64,000 bases of DNA from Callorhinchus milii (GCF_018977255.1 NW_024704742.1:43464001-43528000); one strand, 5' to 3'. Positions 25,361 through 41,570 are shown, counted from the stretch's first letter. Made by a program: numbers and translations. Notes: generated by a model not told the origin, from the sequence alone.

Positions 25361-26030
25361 TGGGATTACAGGAGGAATGCAGTACATTGACTTACACCTG
25401 TACAATCGTTTATCCGAATAGCCTCCTGATGTAAACGCTCCAGAACACTAGCCCGCTTGAAAGGCGCTGTATAAATCCACGGTGTTGTATAAGAGATCAT
25501 AAGGACCAAGCCCAAGACTACTCAATTCATTTCAGCCCATCAATCCGAGTTGAATTTGAACATTTCACAGAAGATGAAAGAACAGCATACTTAAAGTCAC
25601 TGTACCACCTAGGTCCTTGGTGTCTCATTGATTTAGGGTGGTTAAGACGTGTATATTTACAGGAAGAAACAACTCATTTTTATAGCACAAAAAAAGGCGA
25701 AACATCTCAACACACTTAGTAGGAATTATGGTCATGTGCAGTGAATGTCTATAGGCAACGTGATCAATTTATCTAGAAAATCGATGACCACTAAGACCAC
25801 GGGAAAACTTCCTTCTCTTTTCAAATTGTGCTAAGGGATCTTTAACATACACCTGAACAGACAGCTGGGTAAAGGACAAGTGATCATCAAAAGTATAATG
25901 TGAAGCTCAGGGTACTGGTGGTAGGATAAAAAGGGAAGATCCTTTTGAGAAAGAGATGACCACGAGAAGAATAAACATCTGTGAATATGGATTTCAGATA
26001 GTTATCAGGTAGTTGTAAACTACAGATAGT

Positions 26031-26372
26031 GGAGTCCTGTAGCTCAGTGGTTAGAGTACTCACCTCACAAGCGAAAACCTGGGTTTGATTCCCAGCAGGG
26101 TGAAACCTTGGGCAAGTTTCCTTACTCCACACACCTGACAATAATCCCTCAAGCAAATAAAGCATTTTGCAGAATATACTGTAAAGTGAATGGACTTGAA
26201 TATTTTGTGGACAAAACGCGGCAGCCAATTGCACAAAGCAGTGTCCCACAAGCAGTTGTGGATTGAGTGACCAATTTATTATCAGTATCAATAGATTTTT
26301 TTGAAGGAATTATTACCCCGGAAAAGCAATGCACCAATTGATTAACAACCTGGTTCCTACTTACTGCTAAGT
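26031..26372. mobile_element. SINE head (+, ~26031-26152) abutting an inverted SINE body (-, ~26160-26372)
   Basis: Head ggagtcctgtagctcagtgg on +, followed by the family core in reverse orientation. Confidence 0.8.
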
Positions 26373-26590
26373 AATCAGAATTAATACAGATTAAGTAAAT
26401 GGATAGAGGCAGGCTCACACAAGCATGCAAAGACACCTAATTTCTACACAGTTTTCATATCTGCAATGGGGATGGTCTCCTTTGCAGTGGATATTGGGCA
26501 CTCGACTGTACAGTTGAAATTTTCACAAAGAATAGCCTTCCATATTGGATCCTCGTGTTAACGTGTGGGTTTGAAAACCAGCTTACTTAC

Positions 26591-26677
26591 AGTTCGGTTC
26601 CTCCATGCCGATTTTGGATCTGCCATAGTTTAGAGTTCTGAGCATTGTTGACTCAAGGCAGCACCAACATCACAAAG
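26591..26677 (-). other. Candidate 87-nt stop-containing (poison) cassette exon in DHX15 intron 5
   Basis: Acceptor atattttcag|, donor ACT|gtaagt (second donor gtaagc 4 nt further). In frame with exon 5 it reads LCDVGAALSQQCSEL*. Confidence 0.35.
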
Positions 26678-26988
26678 CTGAAAATATCACATTCAGTACA
26701 GAACTCCTAACCTAGTAAATATGTAAAAGACAAATCAAATCACCCTTATCAAACAATAGAACTGCAACTCGAAAAATAAGCAAGATTTGGAAGGCAAGTT
26801 TAAAGTAAATCTCTACTGAAACATAAAATGTTGGAATTGCCTCAGCCGATCTATCAGTACCTAAAGCAGAGAAAAAGGATAACACCCTCAGCTAGGAACC
26901 TTCATCAGATCTGGGTCACACACAAAACCCATTTTTCCCTTCCAGGTTTACATTGACCAGCAATGGATTTCCAGTTTCTTACAATTTA

Positions 26989-27267
<279 letters not shown>

Positions 27268-28609
27268 TCAGTCTCAATGGATGTAGCAGCAGAAACAAAC
27301 AAAACACAACCCCGATGTCTGGAAGCAAAAGAGTGGTTCTTTTGTAACTGCTGTGTAAAATAGTTCCTGCTGCTTGTAAAACAGAACTGGTCTGTTGGCT
27401 AAGCACAGAAATGCTGTCATCCCAGCAATAATGGCTATGCTTATTTACTGCGCAGCAAAAAGCAGCAATTGATCACTTTTGTTAATCCATAAGAGCTGCT
27501 AAAAGAGCAATATATTTGACCCACGAGACTGTAATTAAACACAGACTGCAGCTATAATTCTGAGGAGTGTAATTTGTGGAAAAGCTGGATAGATCATTGA
27601 AATGAACGGTATTTACAGTGAGCTTTTAAATTACCCCTGTGCAAAATCAGATGACTGAGACACGGGCTGCATATTTTAAACAGTTTTAAATCTTACTCAA
27701 TAACACTATTCAATTTACAGTGATCTCCAATTATTTTTTTTTAACAACTCGACTATTATGGTTTGTGGGAAGCAAAGGGAGTGTTAAGTTTGCTGACTTT
27801 TCCCCTATAATTTAGCCTGTTCTTCACCTGCCTGGCCTGAAGGGGAGCAATAACTTGCTTACATACATCCCATTCCCTACCAGTAGGGGATGTCAGGGAG
27901 CAATCGCGCATCACATTCTCCAGTTTTTTCACTTTTTCATCATCATCCTATCTTTCCCACTGCCTTCAGGCTTGGAAATTGCGCAGCCACAAATCCCTCC
28001 ACTCAACATGAATCACACTGGGGGAGTTAAACTGACTCCAATCCAACCCTCTGCACATACTCAATTTCATCCTAACTTACTATTTCTGGGCAAAACAAAT
28101 TCTTGGACCATTAGTATTTCTTGAAGGTTTCGCCTACAAAACACATTGTGAAAACCACTTTACAGTATATCCTGTGAAGTTCCTGAGACATCTTGACAAC
28201 TTGCTAAGGCGCTATATCAAATGCAAGGATTATTATTATTATTATATAGCCATGCAGACTACATTTTCCCAGCCACATTAGCTGGGCAAGTGGTATTCTG
28301 CACTTATGAGAAGATAAATTGTTCCTGTGGTGACGCCTCTTGTGGATTAACTGGGGAAATTATATCGTTGAGCACCCAAATGGAACACCATCAGTCTTAC
28401 TGTTAATGCATTTCTCAATAAGCTGTATATTCGCCCACAAATACAGTCAATTCACTTTACAGTATATTCTGTGAAGTGCTTTGATACGTCTAGAAGACGT
28501 GAAAAGTGCTCTATCAAATGCAAGGATTAATATTATTTTTTTATAATTCTCCACATTGGCAATTTAGCATTGATTTAGCAGCCTTTCCCCTTCTCAAAAG
28601 GGACAACAT

Positions 28610-29815
28610 ACAACAACAACTTACATAGCCACTTAATATGAGTAGCATCTCAAAGCGCTTAACGGGAGTGTGATTTGACAACACTGGAAAAAGGAGAGGT
28701 GACCAAAGGTGTGGTCTTCAGGTGTGATTTGAAGACGGCCAAAGAGGAAGCAAAACAATAACATGCATTTATATAGCACCCTTCACTCGGGGTAGCGCTT
28801 GAAGGATTGAGGCAGGGAGTTCAAAGAGAAGGGAAGTCCCATTGAGGTTGCTGAAAGCAGGGATGCCAATGATGAAGCGGAGGGGACGAGGGATATTCAG
28901 AAACATAAGCCAGCTGAGCAAAAGAGGTAGTAATGGAGTGTGAGAATATTGCAGAGTTAGGGTGGTACCAGGGTTTGAAGTGATTTGAAACTGAGAATCT
29001 TGAGATCAGTCCATTCTGCAACAGGGAGCCAGGCAAGAACTGGAGTGATGGGGGTGTGAGCCAGAGGAGGCTGGTACAGGCGAGGACATGGGCAGCTGAG
29101 TTTTGGATCATTTGGACCTTGGTCATAGTGGAGCCGGGGAGACCAGCGAGGAGTGCATTAGAAAAATTGAGGCAATAGATGACATAAATGAGGGTTTCAG
29201 CATCATTTGATGTAAGACCGAGTTAAAGGAGGGAGATGGAGGAAGGCAATCCTGATCAGGGGTAAGAAGGCGACAGAATCCGACCCCAGGTTTGTTGAGT
29301 CAATAGGCAGGAAAGGTTGAGAATAGGACCATGGGGTACGAAGCAGGTGACTGTGCGGTGGTGGAAGGAAAAACCATTTGAGAAGATGAAATGGTGGTGG
29401 TGGGTCAAGTATGATTTGAACCAGGAGAGGACAGTCCCACTGAGGTGGATGATAGAAGAGAGGGAGGTCGAGAAGGATGGCATGATCAACTGTGCCAAAA
29501 AGAGTAGACAGGTCCAGGAGGACAAGGAGGCTGAGAGAGCCCTGGTCATACAGACATGACTTCATATGTAACTTTGACGAGCGCTGTCTCAGTGCTGTGA
29601 GTAGGGCGGAAACCAGACTGGAAAGAATCAAAAAGGGAGTGGGAGAAAAGGTGTGAGTGAAGTTAGGTGGCAACAATGCATTCTGGGACTTTAGAAAAGG
29701 GCAGATTTGAGAAGGGGCAGTATTTGGCAAATTTTGGTGAATCAAAGGTGTTTTGTTTTGAGGAGGGGAGTGATAACTGCGATTTTGAGGGGGAGCGAGG
29801 TAGTGCTGGAACAGA
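28610..29815 (-). mobile_element. Decayed L2 LINE fragments
   Basis: YCPFSNLPF, LLVLLDLSTLFGTVDHAILL and QMIQNSAAHVL, with L2-like tails near 28610-28800. Confidence 0.82.
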
Positions 29816-29933
29816 GGAACAAAACAGTTCTCCAGAAATCATTGCCACAGCTGACAATGACCAAGTAACACTGATCTGCACTTCATCTTATTCTTCAACA
29901 GAAACCGCAAATGCTCTGCTCTCTTCGTTCTCA

Positions 29934-30323
<390 letters not shown>

Positions 30324-30419
30324 TTATGGAGGACTTTAATAATGTAATTAACCAATGAAGGATTTTAGATGACCGTTTTAAATCTTTCAAAACCAATTAT
30401 AACTAATTTTTTTTTAAAC

Positions 30420-30825
30420 ACATGATATAGCGCCTTTTATGTCAGGAGGACATCAGAAAGCACTTCACAAGATATCCTGTAAGATGCAGTTTGTAAGCAA
30501 ACCCAACAGCCAATTTAGCACAGAAATGTCCCACAGACAGCCAGACATATCTCCCTTTATTTGGGAGATTGCTGGCCAGGACACCAGGGGACACCGGGAG
30601 GAACTCCCTCCTCTTTTTTAATAATGCAATGGAATCCTTAACGTCCACCTGAACAGGCAGATGGGACTTCGGTTTAACGTGTCATCCGAAGGACTGCATC
30701 TCCGGCAATACAGCAGACCCCAGCAATGCATTGCAGTTTCAGCCAAAGCCCCGGCGTAGGGCTTATTCTACAACTTTCTGACCGACTCAAGAGGTCAAAG
30801 CGGCACCAACTGACCAGGATGACTA
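30420..30825 (-). mobile_element. Older DeuSINE (SacSINE1/AmnSINE1-like) with a largely complete Deu domain
   Basis: ggccaggacacc...gaactccctcctc...acgtccacctgaacaggcagatgggacttcggtttaacgtgtcatccgaa resembles the reverse complement of the Deu domain as I recall it. Related copies at ~7525-7890, 25800-25865, 37300-37635, 39385-39620 and 46995-47125. Confidence 0.7.
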
Positions 30826-31585
30826 CTAACTAGTGAGTCTTCCATAATTTAACCACTTTCCACCTGCAATAGAGCAGTTTCCAGTATCATGAAAGCAACA
30901 AGGATTTATCCAATGTAATTTTGGTTAGAGTAGTTCAATGACCAGAATAATATCTTGATGTGCTATAGCAAACTAACCGTTCTTCTGCATAATATTCTCA
31001 TCAGTGTCAATGTTCATGCAACACCAGGTTTCCTACAAAACAGTTCTCAACATACTTCTAATTCGTTCTGTGCATAGATTCGGGGAACTAATTCAATAGT
31101 CTCGTCAACTTTGTGACTTGTACCAATTTCTGCACAAAATAGTCCTTGCAGGTATGNTTTTTTATGTAAAGCTGAGCATGGAGAAGTGACTCATGCAAAA
31201 AAATTAAATGCATTAAGGTCACTTTCAAGTTTAAAAGATCCCATTCAATAGTAAAACTGAGGATTTACCTCTACACACATAGTAATCAGGCCCGATGACT
31301 CAAGAGCCTTTCCATTTGAAATCACAGTGCCTTGAAAACATTTTAAATCAGCAAGGGCTGAGCCGGTTTGATAATTGCAAAAATACTCATGAATGTATTT
31401 GTCAATGGGTGGATGCCATTAAATCCTCTCTCTCTTGTAAAGTTTTTCTTGTAATTCAAGGAAAAGCCCAGGCTGCATGTGAACACCATCCCCAAAGTCA
31501 TTTCTGTGGAAATGAGGTTATGTTCTGGAATTGTAACTATGCTCAACCTGGTCAGAGAACAAGGTGACAAAGAAATGGTCACTTA

Positions 31586-31810
<225 letters not shown>

Positions 31811-33836
31811 TCATTTTAAACACTCAAATATACATTTTAAAATATGTCCTACATGATTTTTAAGACACTGTCAAATTTTGATACTTTCACCGGCATACTT
31901 AATTTATGTACTGTAAGGAGTATACAGTGGACATGATCTCAGCAAAGATTGGGATGGGGTGGTGGGGGAGAGGAGGAATTCAATTAAGATCATTCCTCTT
32001 TGATTTTTCAATGCAAGAAAGCTACCCGGCAAATGGATTTTCATGGGCATATGAAAACAAAACATACACAACACCCCAAACCCCAGTATGGGAGTTTCAT
32101 GGAATCTCTAATGCTCATCTGAATGCTTTAATGTTCCCTTGATCTAAAATAAAACATCTGTGAAAAAGCAACATTTTCCTCAGTCCTTCACGAGTGGCAA
32201 CTTAAGACGACCACCTAAATAGATCTACGAAGCTTGAACCAACAACTTTCTGACCCAGAGGCAAGAATGCAACAAATAGAGCCAAGCTGCCAGTCTTATT
32301 AACATTCTTACGGTGCATGTTAAGCTATGTTATATAAATCAAACTCCTGCTGAGAACCAGTGAATGGAAGAGAATAAATCACTGCTGTTGTGGCCACAGA
32401 GCTCAGTCAAAACAATCTACAAACCCGTCGCCAAGTTCTACAGTGATCAAACAACTAGAAATTAATGCTAACTGAAGCAACGTATGCACACTTTCAGGAT
32501 TTCAATAATTTTGAGTTGGTGGCTTCCAGCACCCTAGCTTTCAAGTCCCCATTGGTGCAGTCTTTTAAATCAAAGGTTGTCTACTTTTCAAAGGATGATT
32601 CCTCAATAGAAAATACAAGTACCAACAATAATTTGTATTTATAGAGTGCCTTTAATGTTGGGAGGATGTCTCACACAGCTGACTAGAGCCCGCAATATAG
32701 CGGGCGGGGAGAGGAAGGAAAGAAGGCGATCGAAAGAGCTGTCAAAAATATAGGTCTTTTTAAGGGGCGCTTTAAAGGGAGGGGGGGCAAGATGGAGTAT
32801 TTCCGAAAGCAGGGCTGAATGGCTGACAACACATGTCAGCACTTGATAATCACTGAACCATCAAACATCATTCCAAAGATGCATGGTTTTTATATTCCTT
32901 CCATTCCTACTGGCTCGTGTTGTTCACACATCAGAGGTCTAGGGGGCTGAATGCACCTAACCTCATTATCTTTAGAATAATAGGGAAAGAGTAAAAAAAA
33001 TTAAAAGTGGGTTATATTTGGAAACCTTACAAAAACAATGATTCTAGGGCATTTCAAGACTCGTTAGCTTAGTGTCATAACTCCAAGTTTACATTCATCT
33101 TTGTTACTGATCACCTCAATACTTGCAGCTGGGAAATCTTACAATAATATTTATGTTCAAATCCCAGTGTGTGCCAAACAAGCTATCAGCTAGGGAATCT
33201 ACAATTGGCTTCAGATCCCCATGGGTTAGGAACGGGGAGCTAGAAGGGGGGTGGAAAGCAATTAAATGCTGAGAATAGGGTTGGGTGAAAGGAAAATGGC
33301 AGAAAAAAAATAACTAACACTCTGGAGGAGTTCTAAGATTTGTAAGATGTCATGAACAGGCAGTGAGGGTTCACTCTTGGCCTAATAGTTGCTACTCTAT
33401 TGTTAATTAACCAGTGATGCAGCCATTTTATATTGATATGGTTAGATTTAAAAATAAGCAATAAGATTAACAAATTATGTTATCTGCAATAGCCCAACCC
33501 AGCCAAAATACACACTACAAAGTGATCACTTTTATCGAGAATTATTCCGAGCAGACAGCTAAATGTTGCTCACGCAGTTGTTAAACAAGAAATCACTGAG
33601 AAATGTGCAAGTGGGTCAATCACATACACATTTTTGCAACTTGTGTGCTGATCTTGCAGTTCTTAATACTCGCTACAACCCATGCTTCAGTCTAATCTTA
33701 ATCGCAAATGACATGGCATTGAGCATAAAAACCTGGGGGTTTTCAGCATTCACAATACCAAGGCACTGAGAAGCAAGCATTATATTACAACACAAAGGTG
33801 TTTTACCAATAACATAGCCTATGCATGGTTGGCCTA

Positions 33837-34316
<480 letters not shown>

Positions 34317-37300
34317 TTAAACTGTGATCGCGTCAACCAAAGACTGAGTTTCTGAAATGGACTCCTTTTGAAAGTAAGGTCTATTTTAAAGAGAGATACC
34401 TTCTTCTGGCCACTAGAATGATTTTTGACTCACTGTTATTTTGTGATATGCTGTACCAATTGATAAGGCTGTAAGAAAATCTTGGCCGTAATATTGTTGC
34501 GAAAAAACCAACTTTTAACACATATGCCGCAACTTTTAATGACCACTCCGCACTCTCATTGGACCCCTCGGTAAGCTGGTCTGATGGGAACATGTAGATA
34601 TTTGAACTGACGGCACCAAAACTACAACTTTGACAAATTTCACGATTGTTCAGTTTATTTAGTTGTTGGGAATGAAAGAATCCACATCTCTATTCTCATT
34701 TAGACTGCAGATTTCAAAGATCGCAGCTATAAATCCAATTTATAACCTGTGATCTCAAGAGGAAATTAATTCTCATTTCTAATAACTCTTAAGGGTATTC
34801 TTTTCAAGATAATGTTTAGACATCTCATTATTAAATTGAAGCATGCAACGGTGTTCTTTTATCTAAAGAAAGGTAATGTAGGACATGGATTCAAGTTACC
34901 TCAGCAAGAATAAAACTATAGCATGTATCAGTACAATGTAACAAATGGAGTCTGGTACATTTAAAAAAGCAACCCTTACAGCCTTTCACGTCAGGACATC
35001 CCAAGAGCAGGCCATAATCTAATGTGCAGAAGAACTTCACTTCCCTTGTTTCAATGTGATTCCAATGCTTGCCGGTAAAGGCACATGCAGCAACTGGTCA
35101 AGATGCATTGAAACATAGTTTTGACCCATTACTGCATGCACACTTACAGGCTGCATTAAAATAAGCATGCATAGTATAGATCGATTAAATCAGATTTTAT
35201 GTGATTTATGTAAGTTTGCCTCCAAATCGGACTTCTCGCAAGTCATTAAATGCCATGGCCCCGATTGATACGACTTATGTGAGTTTTACTAAATTTAAAA
35301 TAATGAGGGACAGACTGGAAAGATAGGGAGGGAGACTCTTTACTCTGGTGGCAAGATCCATAACAAGAGGAAATAAGATCTATCATGATCCAATAAAATA
35401 ACAGAATTGGCTCATCAGCTATGTGCTTATGTCCTTAACCTCCATATAAATACTCATGGTCTGCATAAATATTATAGCACAGGAAAAGGGAAATCAGTCC
35501 ACTGAGTCTGTGCTGGTGTTAGCTTCTCCAATAGTTACATCCTAATCAAAAGTCTGCGCTCTTTTATGTGGTTTCTCATCAAATACTTAACAATTTCCCT
35601 TCCATATACTAAGTGCCTCAGCCTCAATTACCATTTGTGGCAATATATTTTACGTTCCTTTTCATGAAAATATTTTATATTCTCTCTATTAACTCTTCAA
35701 GTGGCAATCCAGCACAATGCCCTGATGTTACCCCTTGGCTGTCCTATACGTCCTATAATGGGGCACCCAGAAACGTATGCAGTACTCAAATTGCACCCTA
35801 AGCAACATCAGCAGTCCAAGTCACTATCCAGCATGAATGAAGAGTACTGTATAGATGCAAGTTTCAAGCAAGTTGTTGTTTGCTGCATTTTCATTCGATT
35901 CAATCCCCACCTCAACACACCCAATTCCCTTTTGCTTTGTTGGCTTCTGTACTTTAATTCCCACCTTTTAAGATCTAAGTATATCTACACTTTCCTCCCC
36001 CCCAATCCACAAGCCTTTCTTGTCAGCTAGACTTTCATTAACCACATGTGCCTACAAGATCTCCACATTGTAAGTGGACTCGCGCCATAGCAAAGTGCTA
36101 TATAAGGGGTCACCCAGGACTCTGTTCAATTAACCACTCGTAGACTACAATACCGCTTAAAATTTTAGCAGGGGCTTTTAAATAAAATCATAATTTTTTT
36201 TAAAATCTAGTTTTATCTGCAAACCGCTCTATGTATTGACTCAAAAATTTTAATTTATTTTCCACAAACAGGGTTGTGCTCTCTCCCAAATTTTATTTCT
36301 TCTGATAGTTTGATCAAACCACTCTTTAGTTCACAATTCAATTCTACATTCATCTATTTCTTCAATATTGTATCTCACCAACCACACTGCATAAAATGTC
36401 TACCCCTCTTGCAGACTGAATTAGTAAATGTTAGTAAATATGTTCCAAACCAGTCGATGGGCCAATAATCTAGTTTCCAGGCCGTGGTGGTGGGGTAAAG
36501 AATGTAATTCCTCAAAGATACCGAGGTTCTATTCTTAATGCTCCGTTAACCTTCTGGCCCTCACAAACACCTCGAATTTCAAATAAAATTCTTCTATCTT
36601 TCAAAACTAAAGCAATCTCCAAAAAATTATTCCTCTTTCATGTTAAAACTTGTTTTCCTCTGCTCAACAACTCTCCCAAGTTGTTTGTCCATGGCTTCAA
36701 TAATGTTCCCACATCAGGAGGAAATGGAGGGGGGGGGTGTAAGAGTCCCTCTAGAGCCTGTCCTGCGCCCCTGGCCAGAATACAAAAAAAGTTTCTCATT
36801 TGAGGCCAGAAAACCTGCATGGTCTTAGTCTTTGAGAACAGTGTCAAAATTTCACTTTGTGCAAATTGGAAAATTTGAAAATGTCAGTCTTAGTATAGAA
36901 ACCATTTTACTTCAGTGTCGGACTTCCCCCCTCATCCAAAAAAATTAAGATCTGATGTAAGAATTTTCTAAAATTCTGTACATCCTAAAATTTCAAATCC
37001 TTACCTTCAGGTTTCATTCTTTCCCCGTTGCAACCTTTTACTTTTTTATTGACACAAACATGATCAAAACTTGCTCACATTTCCTTCCAAATATTTTGCC
37101 TTCATCCTTGTTGCATCGATATCAAAACTTTGTAGCATATCCCACTTAATCTCTTTATTTACCTCAGCTACCCCATTACAATCTATAGACTAATTGGTGA
37201 CCAACATTTTGTTTAAAGCAAAGAATTTAACTTTGATACAAAGATTTGACATGAGTCATATGCATGAATATTAAGACAGAGGGATATATGAAACGGGACA

Positions 37301-37834
37301 CAAATGCTGCTTCAAATTCTAGGTCAGAACTTTGAGCTATAGTCCATGGTGACAATCTTGTGCATTGCTTGGAGTGTCAAAGGTGCAATCCTTCAAAGCA
37401 GCTCAATTTGAGTTACTGTCTCCCTTTTAACTGGATGTTAAAGATCCCATGACATCATTGAAAATAGGAGTCCTCGTCAACAATTTGGCCATTTACTTCA
37501 AGGCTGTTTGTGGGATGTTCCTCTGTGTAAATTGGCTGCTGCATTCCCCTACAAAATACAGTCGCTACACTTCAGCGCAATTGCTGCAACGTTTTTTTTG
37601 AGATGATTCAACATTATTGGCACTATACCAAAACAACAATTAATATTAACTAACTTTTTCTGCTATCTTGTGCTGCTTTTATATTATAAAGCTGATTACA
37701 CCAATTTAACTACTCAAGAAGTGATACTGTCAAATTTAACATTGCTTTTAACGCAATGGCACTTTTAAATGCAAAAAATCAATGTATTAACATATGACTG
37801 AATTGTGTAAATATATATACATATAGGATGTTCT

Positions 37835-38780
37835 GTAAGCATTCAGTTGTAGAAAGTTAGAGCTCATCCAGGACTTGATGTCCAACTGGCAATTGGTCAG
37901 AACATCAGTGGTCCTGGAATTGAGGATGGAGGCAGAGATAGAGTTGGGTGTTATTTGCATACAAATGGAAGTTAACCCCATGCCTGTGGATGACATCACC
38001 AAGTAGGGGCATGCAGATATTAAAAAGGAGAGGACCAAGGATTGAGCCTTGAAGAACGCCGCATGCGACAGTGCGAGGGCAGGTGAAATCATTCCAGGAG
38101 ACAAAGTGGAGATGATAGGATAGGTAGGAGAGGACAGAACGTGAAGGTGGAGCTGAGAGCAGAGAAGGATAGGGTGATTGATAGCGTTGAAGGTGGCAAT
38201 GACACTGAGAAGAACAAGGAGATAGAGCAAGCCCAGGTCGAGGAAGGAATCAAAGGAGAACCTGGTGGGTCTCATACAGGAAACGCGGGATGATCGGGAT
38301 AAAGGAGACTGGAGCAAAAGTGTGGAGGTAGGAATGGGAGAAGGCGACAGCGACAGAGGAGTTTTGGACACAAGGAATTTGATTATCTCTTCACATTTGG
38401 AACTGGAGGAGGATGGGAAAAGCACCGGATAGTGGTTAAAGGAAGCAACTTGTGGTGGAGAAAAGGAGCCTTGGGTTGTCCTTGGCCTTCAGGATGATCA
38501 AAGAGGACAACTTTTTTATTATTATTATTATATTATAACTTGGCTTATGATGAGGGCAGAACGGTAGATTTTGGTGCATGGTTCAGCCAGATCTGGCAGC
38601 AGATCATTAAGATGGATTTAAGCCATAGGCACATTCAAAGAGGTGTGATTTAAGGTGGGTGGTGAGTGGTAGAGGGAGGGAGTTTCAGAGGTTAGCGTTG
38701 TACGAATTGAAGGCTCAGCTCTCAATAGTGACACAGACAGGGCTGGAAACACTCACCAAACCAGAGTTAGCTGAGTGGAG
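37835..38780 (-). mobile_element. Decayed L2 LINE fragment (repeated at ~60040-60985)
   Basis: LLVLLSVIATFNAINHPILL and DIKSWMSSNFLQLN in ORF 37787-38425. Confidence 0.8.
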
Positions 38781-41570
38781 TACTAAGAATACCATCGACT
38801 GCAAGCTCAGATTTTGTTTAGTCAAAAAATTTCAAATGTAGTAGGTGCGGACAGACATTAAGATGCAGCAACTCGTCTTTGAAATTTCAATTTGGGGAGG
38901 TGGAAAGGAACTGCAGCTTAAATTCATGTAGTATTTTTCACATACAAGAAAATCTCAAAGGACTTGACAATATCCAACAGGCACATAAGTGATTTGAAGA
39001 TTCAAATGAATGATAAGTTCATTAAAAATGGAAGACATATTCTTCCTTGCAGCAACAGACAATTTGATCAGATAGGACATCAAGGTGGGAATAAAGCTTC
39101 AGGTAGCAATTTGAAGCTTCAAATAATGTGTCAATGCACAGCATAAATTCAAAATCTTTTAGTGCCGGCTATTGTGTAACAAAGCCTTGAAGTGCATGAT
39201 CCTTGCTGAGTCATTCAGCTAATTACGGAGTTTTCTTCTTGCATGTTGAGCTTTTCCTCCTTGAAGCACATTTGAAGTTCTCCTCACCAGCCACATGACT
39301 ACCATAAACCTGTCCCCTTTCAGATTCTGCATAAAACGGTCATGGTGTTTAATATAATGATAATCCAATATGAAACATCAAAATAAGAATAATCCTTGCA
39401 TTTGACAGAACACCTTTCACATCAAGAGAACGTCTCAAAGCGCTTCAGAGAATTTACTGTGAAGTGGAGTAACCTTGTTTTTTGTGGTTGGACACGGCAG
39501 CCAATTTGTGCACAGCAAAGTCCCACAAAGAGCCTTGAAGTGAATGACTAATTATTTCTGGGGAATGTTGACAGGACAATGAGCCAAACTCCCTTCTCTT
39601 TTTGAATAGGATTTTCAGGCCAAATGTACTGCCCAATCACTGACTAAGCTATTCGAACACTGTAATATCACCCATTAAAAGCCTATTATGATGCTAGCTC
39701 CTCAGCTGGAGCCAACTACCAATTCTCTGCTCTTTTAAATATTGTCATTGGCTCAGACCAAACCACACTGCATAATACATTTAGACATGGAGGCATCATA
39801 CACTCTTGTGCAATTTTATCTTCAAGAACTTGGTTCTTGTACTGAAATCACATAAAATCAAACTTCAATTGCAAATAGTCACCCAAATGCAGAACCCATT
39901 GACTTGTATTTTCTGTATTCAGCAATCGCTGAATTAAGACAATGTGCAAGAAAAATACTTTGGCAGTGAATATGCTTCTTACGCTTCCCCAGAAAGTAAA
40001 ATTATCTAAATGTCCGATTGTTTTCTGAATTCTTCATGGAATTTTTAAAATCTTTCTCGGCGTTGAGGAGAGAGCACTAAGCTCAGAGTATTTTTGTATC
40101 AAATGGGATGATGATTTGTTCTGAAACAAATCAAACAAGCCACTTTCGATATGGGAACCCCAAAGTTGAAATGTAAGGCATAATCCCTCAAGTTTCCCCA
40201 GAAACAAAATATTTATGGTGATGCCTCCACTGAGCCATAAAGTATAGCATTAGTGAGGGAGAGGAGATGGGACTCAACCTGGAGACGTGAAACTGCCTCT
40301 AAAATTTCAGTAAAACACATTCCAAGTCCAAGGGCATCCAATATACTTCACCATCATTTGGTCTGGAGAAAATCTTGAGTCACTGGTGTCCGTTCCCTTG
40401 CTTTTACCTTCTTAGCTTAACCACTAATTAACCACAATTTGGACAACCTACCAATATGAAACTTCTCCTAATGAACATGTTGGCATGCTTTTGAAGGACT
40501 CCTTATCAGAATGGTGGGGGAAGCGGTTCTAGAGGAAGAGGGAATTCAAACGGCCTCTAACCAAAGTAAAAATTTACATGGTAGACACCAACCAAAATGA
40601 GTTAGTCACATACAAAGACTAGGGAGTGCATAAAATGAACTAAGCACGCTTTGACTGGACTGAAAATTAACTGAAATTTCTAGACAATAGTCTAATAAAG
40701 CTCCAAACAAGCACAAGAGGATAAACTCTTCCAATCACAGGTGGCATTTGAAAGATCCTGATAATTGGCTTAAGGCTGTTTCTTTTAAACCTGCAATAAC
40801 CTTCACCAGTACTGTCCTTTGTTTTATTTAACCCTAAAAAAAAGTTGTGGTTTGCATTAATTTGTGGCCTTAAGCTTTCTGCTAACCCGAAAGAAAGCTG
40901 CCTTCTCACCAACCCAAACACTGATCCCAATGAAACAAACACCACATGAAGCAAAATCTATTATTTATAAAACTCTTAAGGATTAACACACCACCAATAT
41001 TATTATCTCAACGTCCTAGTTTGTCATTTTGACCATGGGCTAGTTACAAGCCACCCAAAATAAAGGTAACATCTTTATTATATGTAATCTGTGAACAGAA
41101 ATAAATATCCTAGTGCTCAACTTCAAAATATTTTAAGTTTCCTGCTCTCAATGACTAAATCCTAGGATCAAAGATGAAAAAAAAAACTTTTGACAAATAC
41201 TTTTTTTAAAAAAAAAACAGTGGACAATCTTTACTTAGTGATCATCTTGTGTAATTTGTTGGCACAGCACAAGCTGACCTGTAAAGGGGCTTCCACTACC
41301 AATGAATGCAGATGCCCTTCAAAAAATTGATGAGGAATACAAGGCCTAGGATAAGTTATTGAAAGGCGTTACCTGGATTCCAGGTTCAAGAACACTCTCA
41401 GATACCCAGGCCTTGAAATCCACTTCTTTGGGTTCCAGAGAGGAAAGGAGCAGCTGCCACAGCTCTGTACCTCCAAATGGTGGAACCATCACTCAATGAA
41501 TAGGGATGTGTGACCGAATAGTGGATAGCAGGATAGTGGCAAAGCTCTCATGCATTTCTTGCTTAGCTAA

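Noticed and set aside
37787..38425. 212-aa ORF (and its copy at 59992-60630) as a host gene
   Set aside because: It is a frameshift mosaic of L2 RT remnants.
41370..41395. LDSRFK resembling the hAT transposase LDPRFK motif
   Set aside because: The other copy reads LEFKFM, and no other hAT motifs or TIRs were seen.
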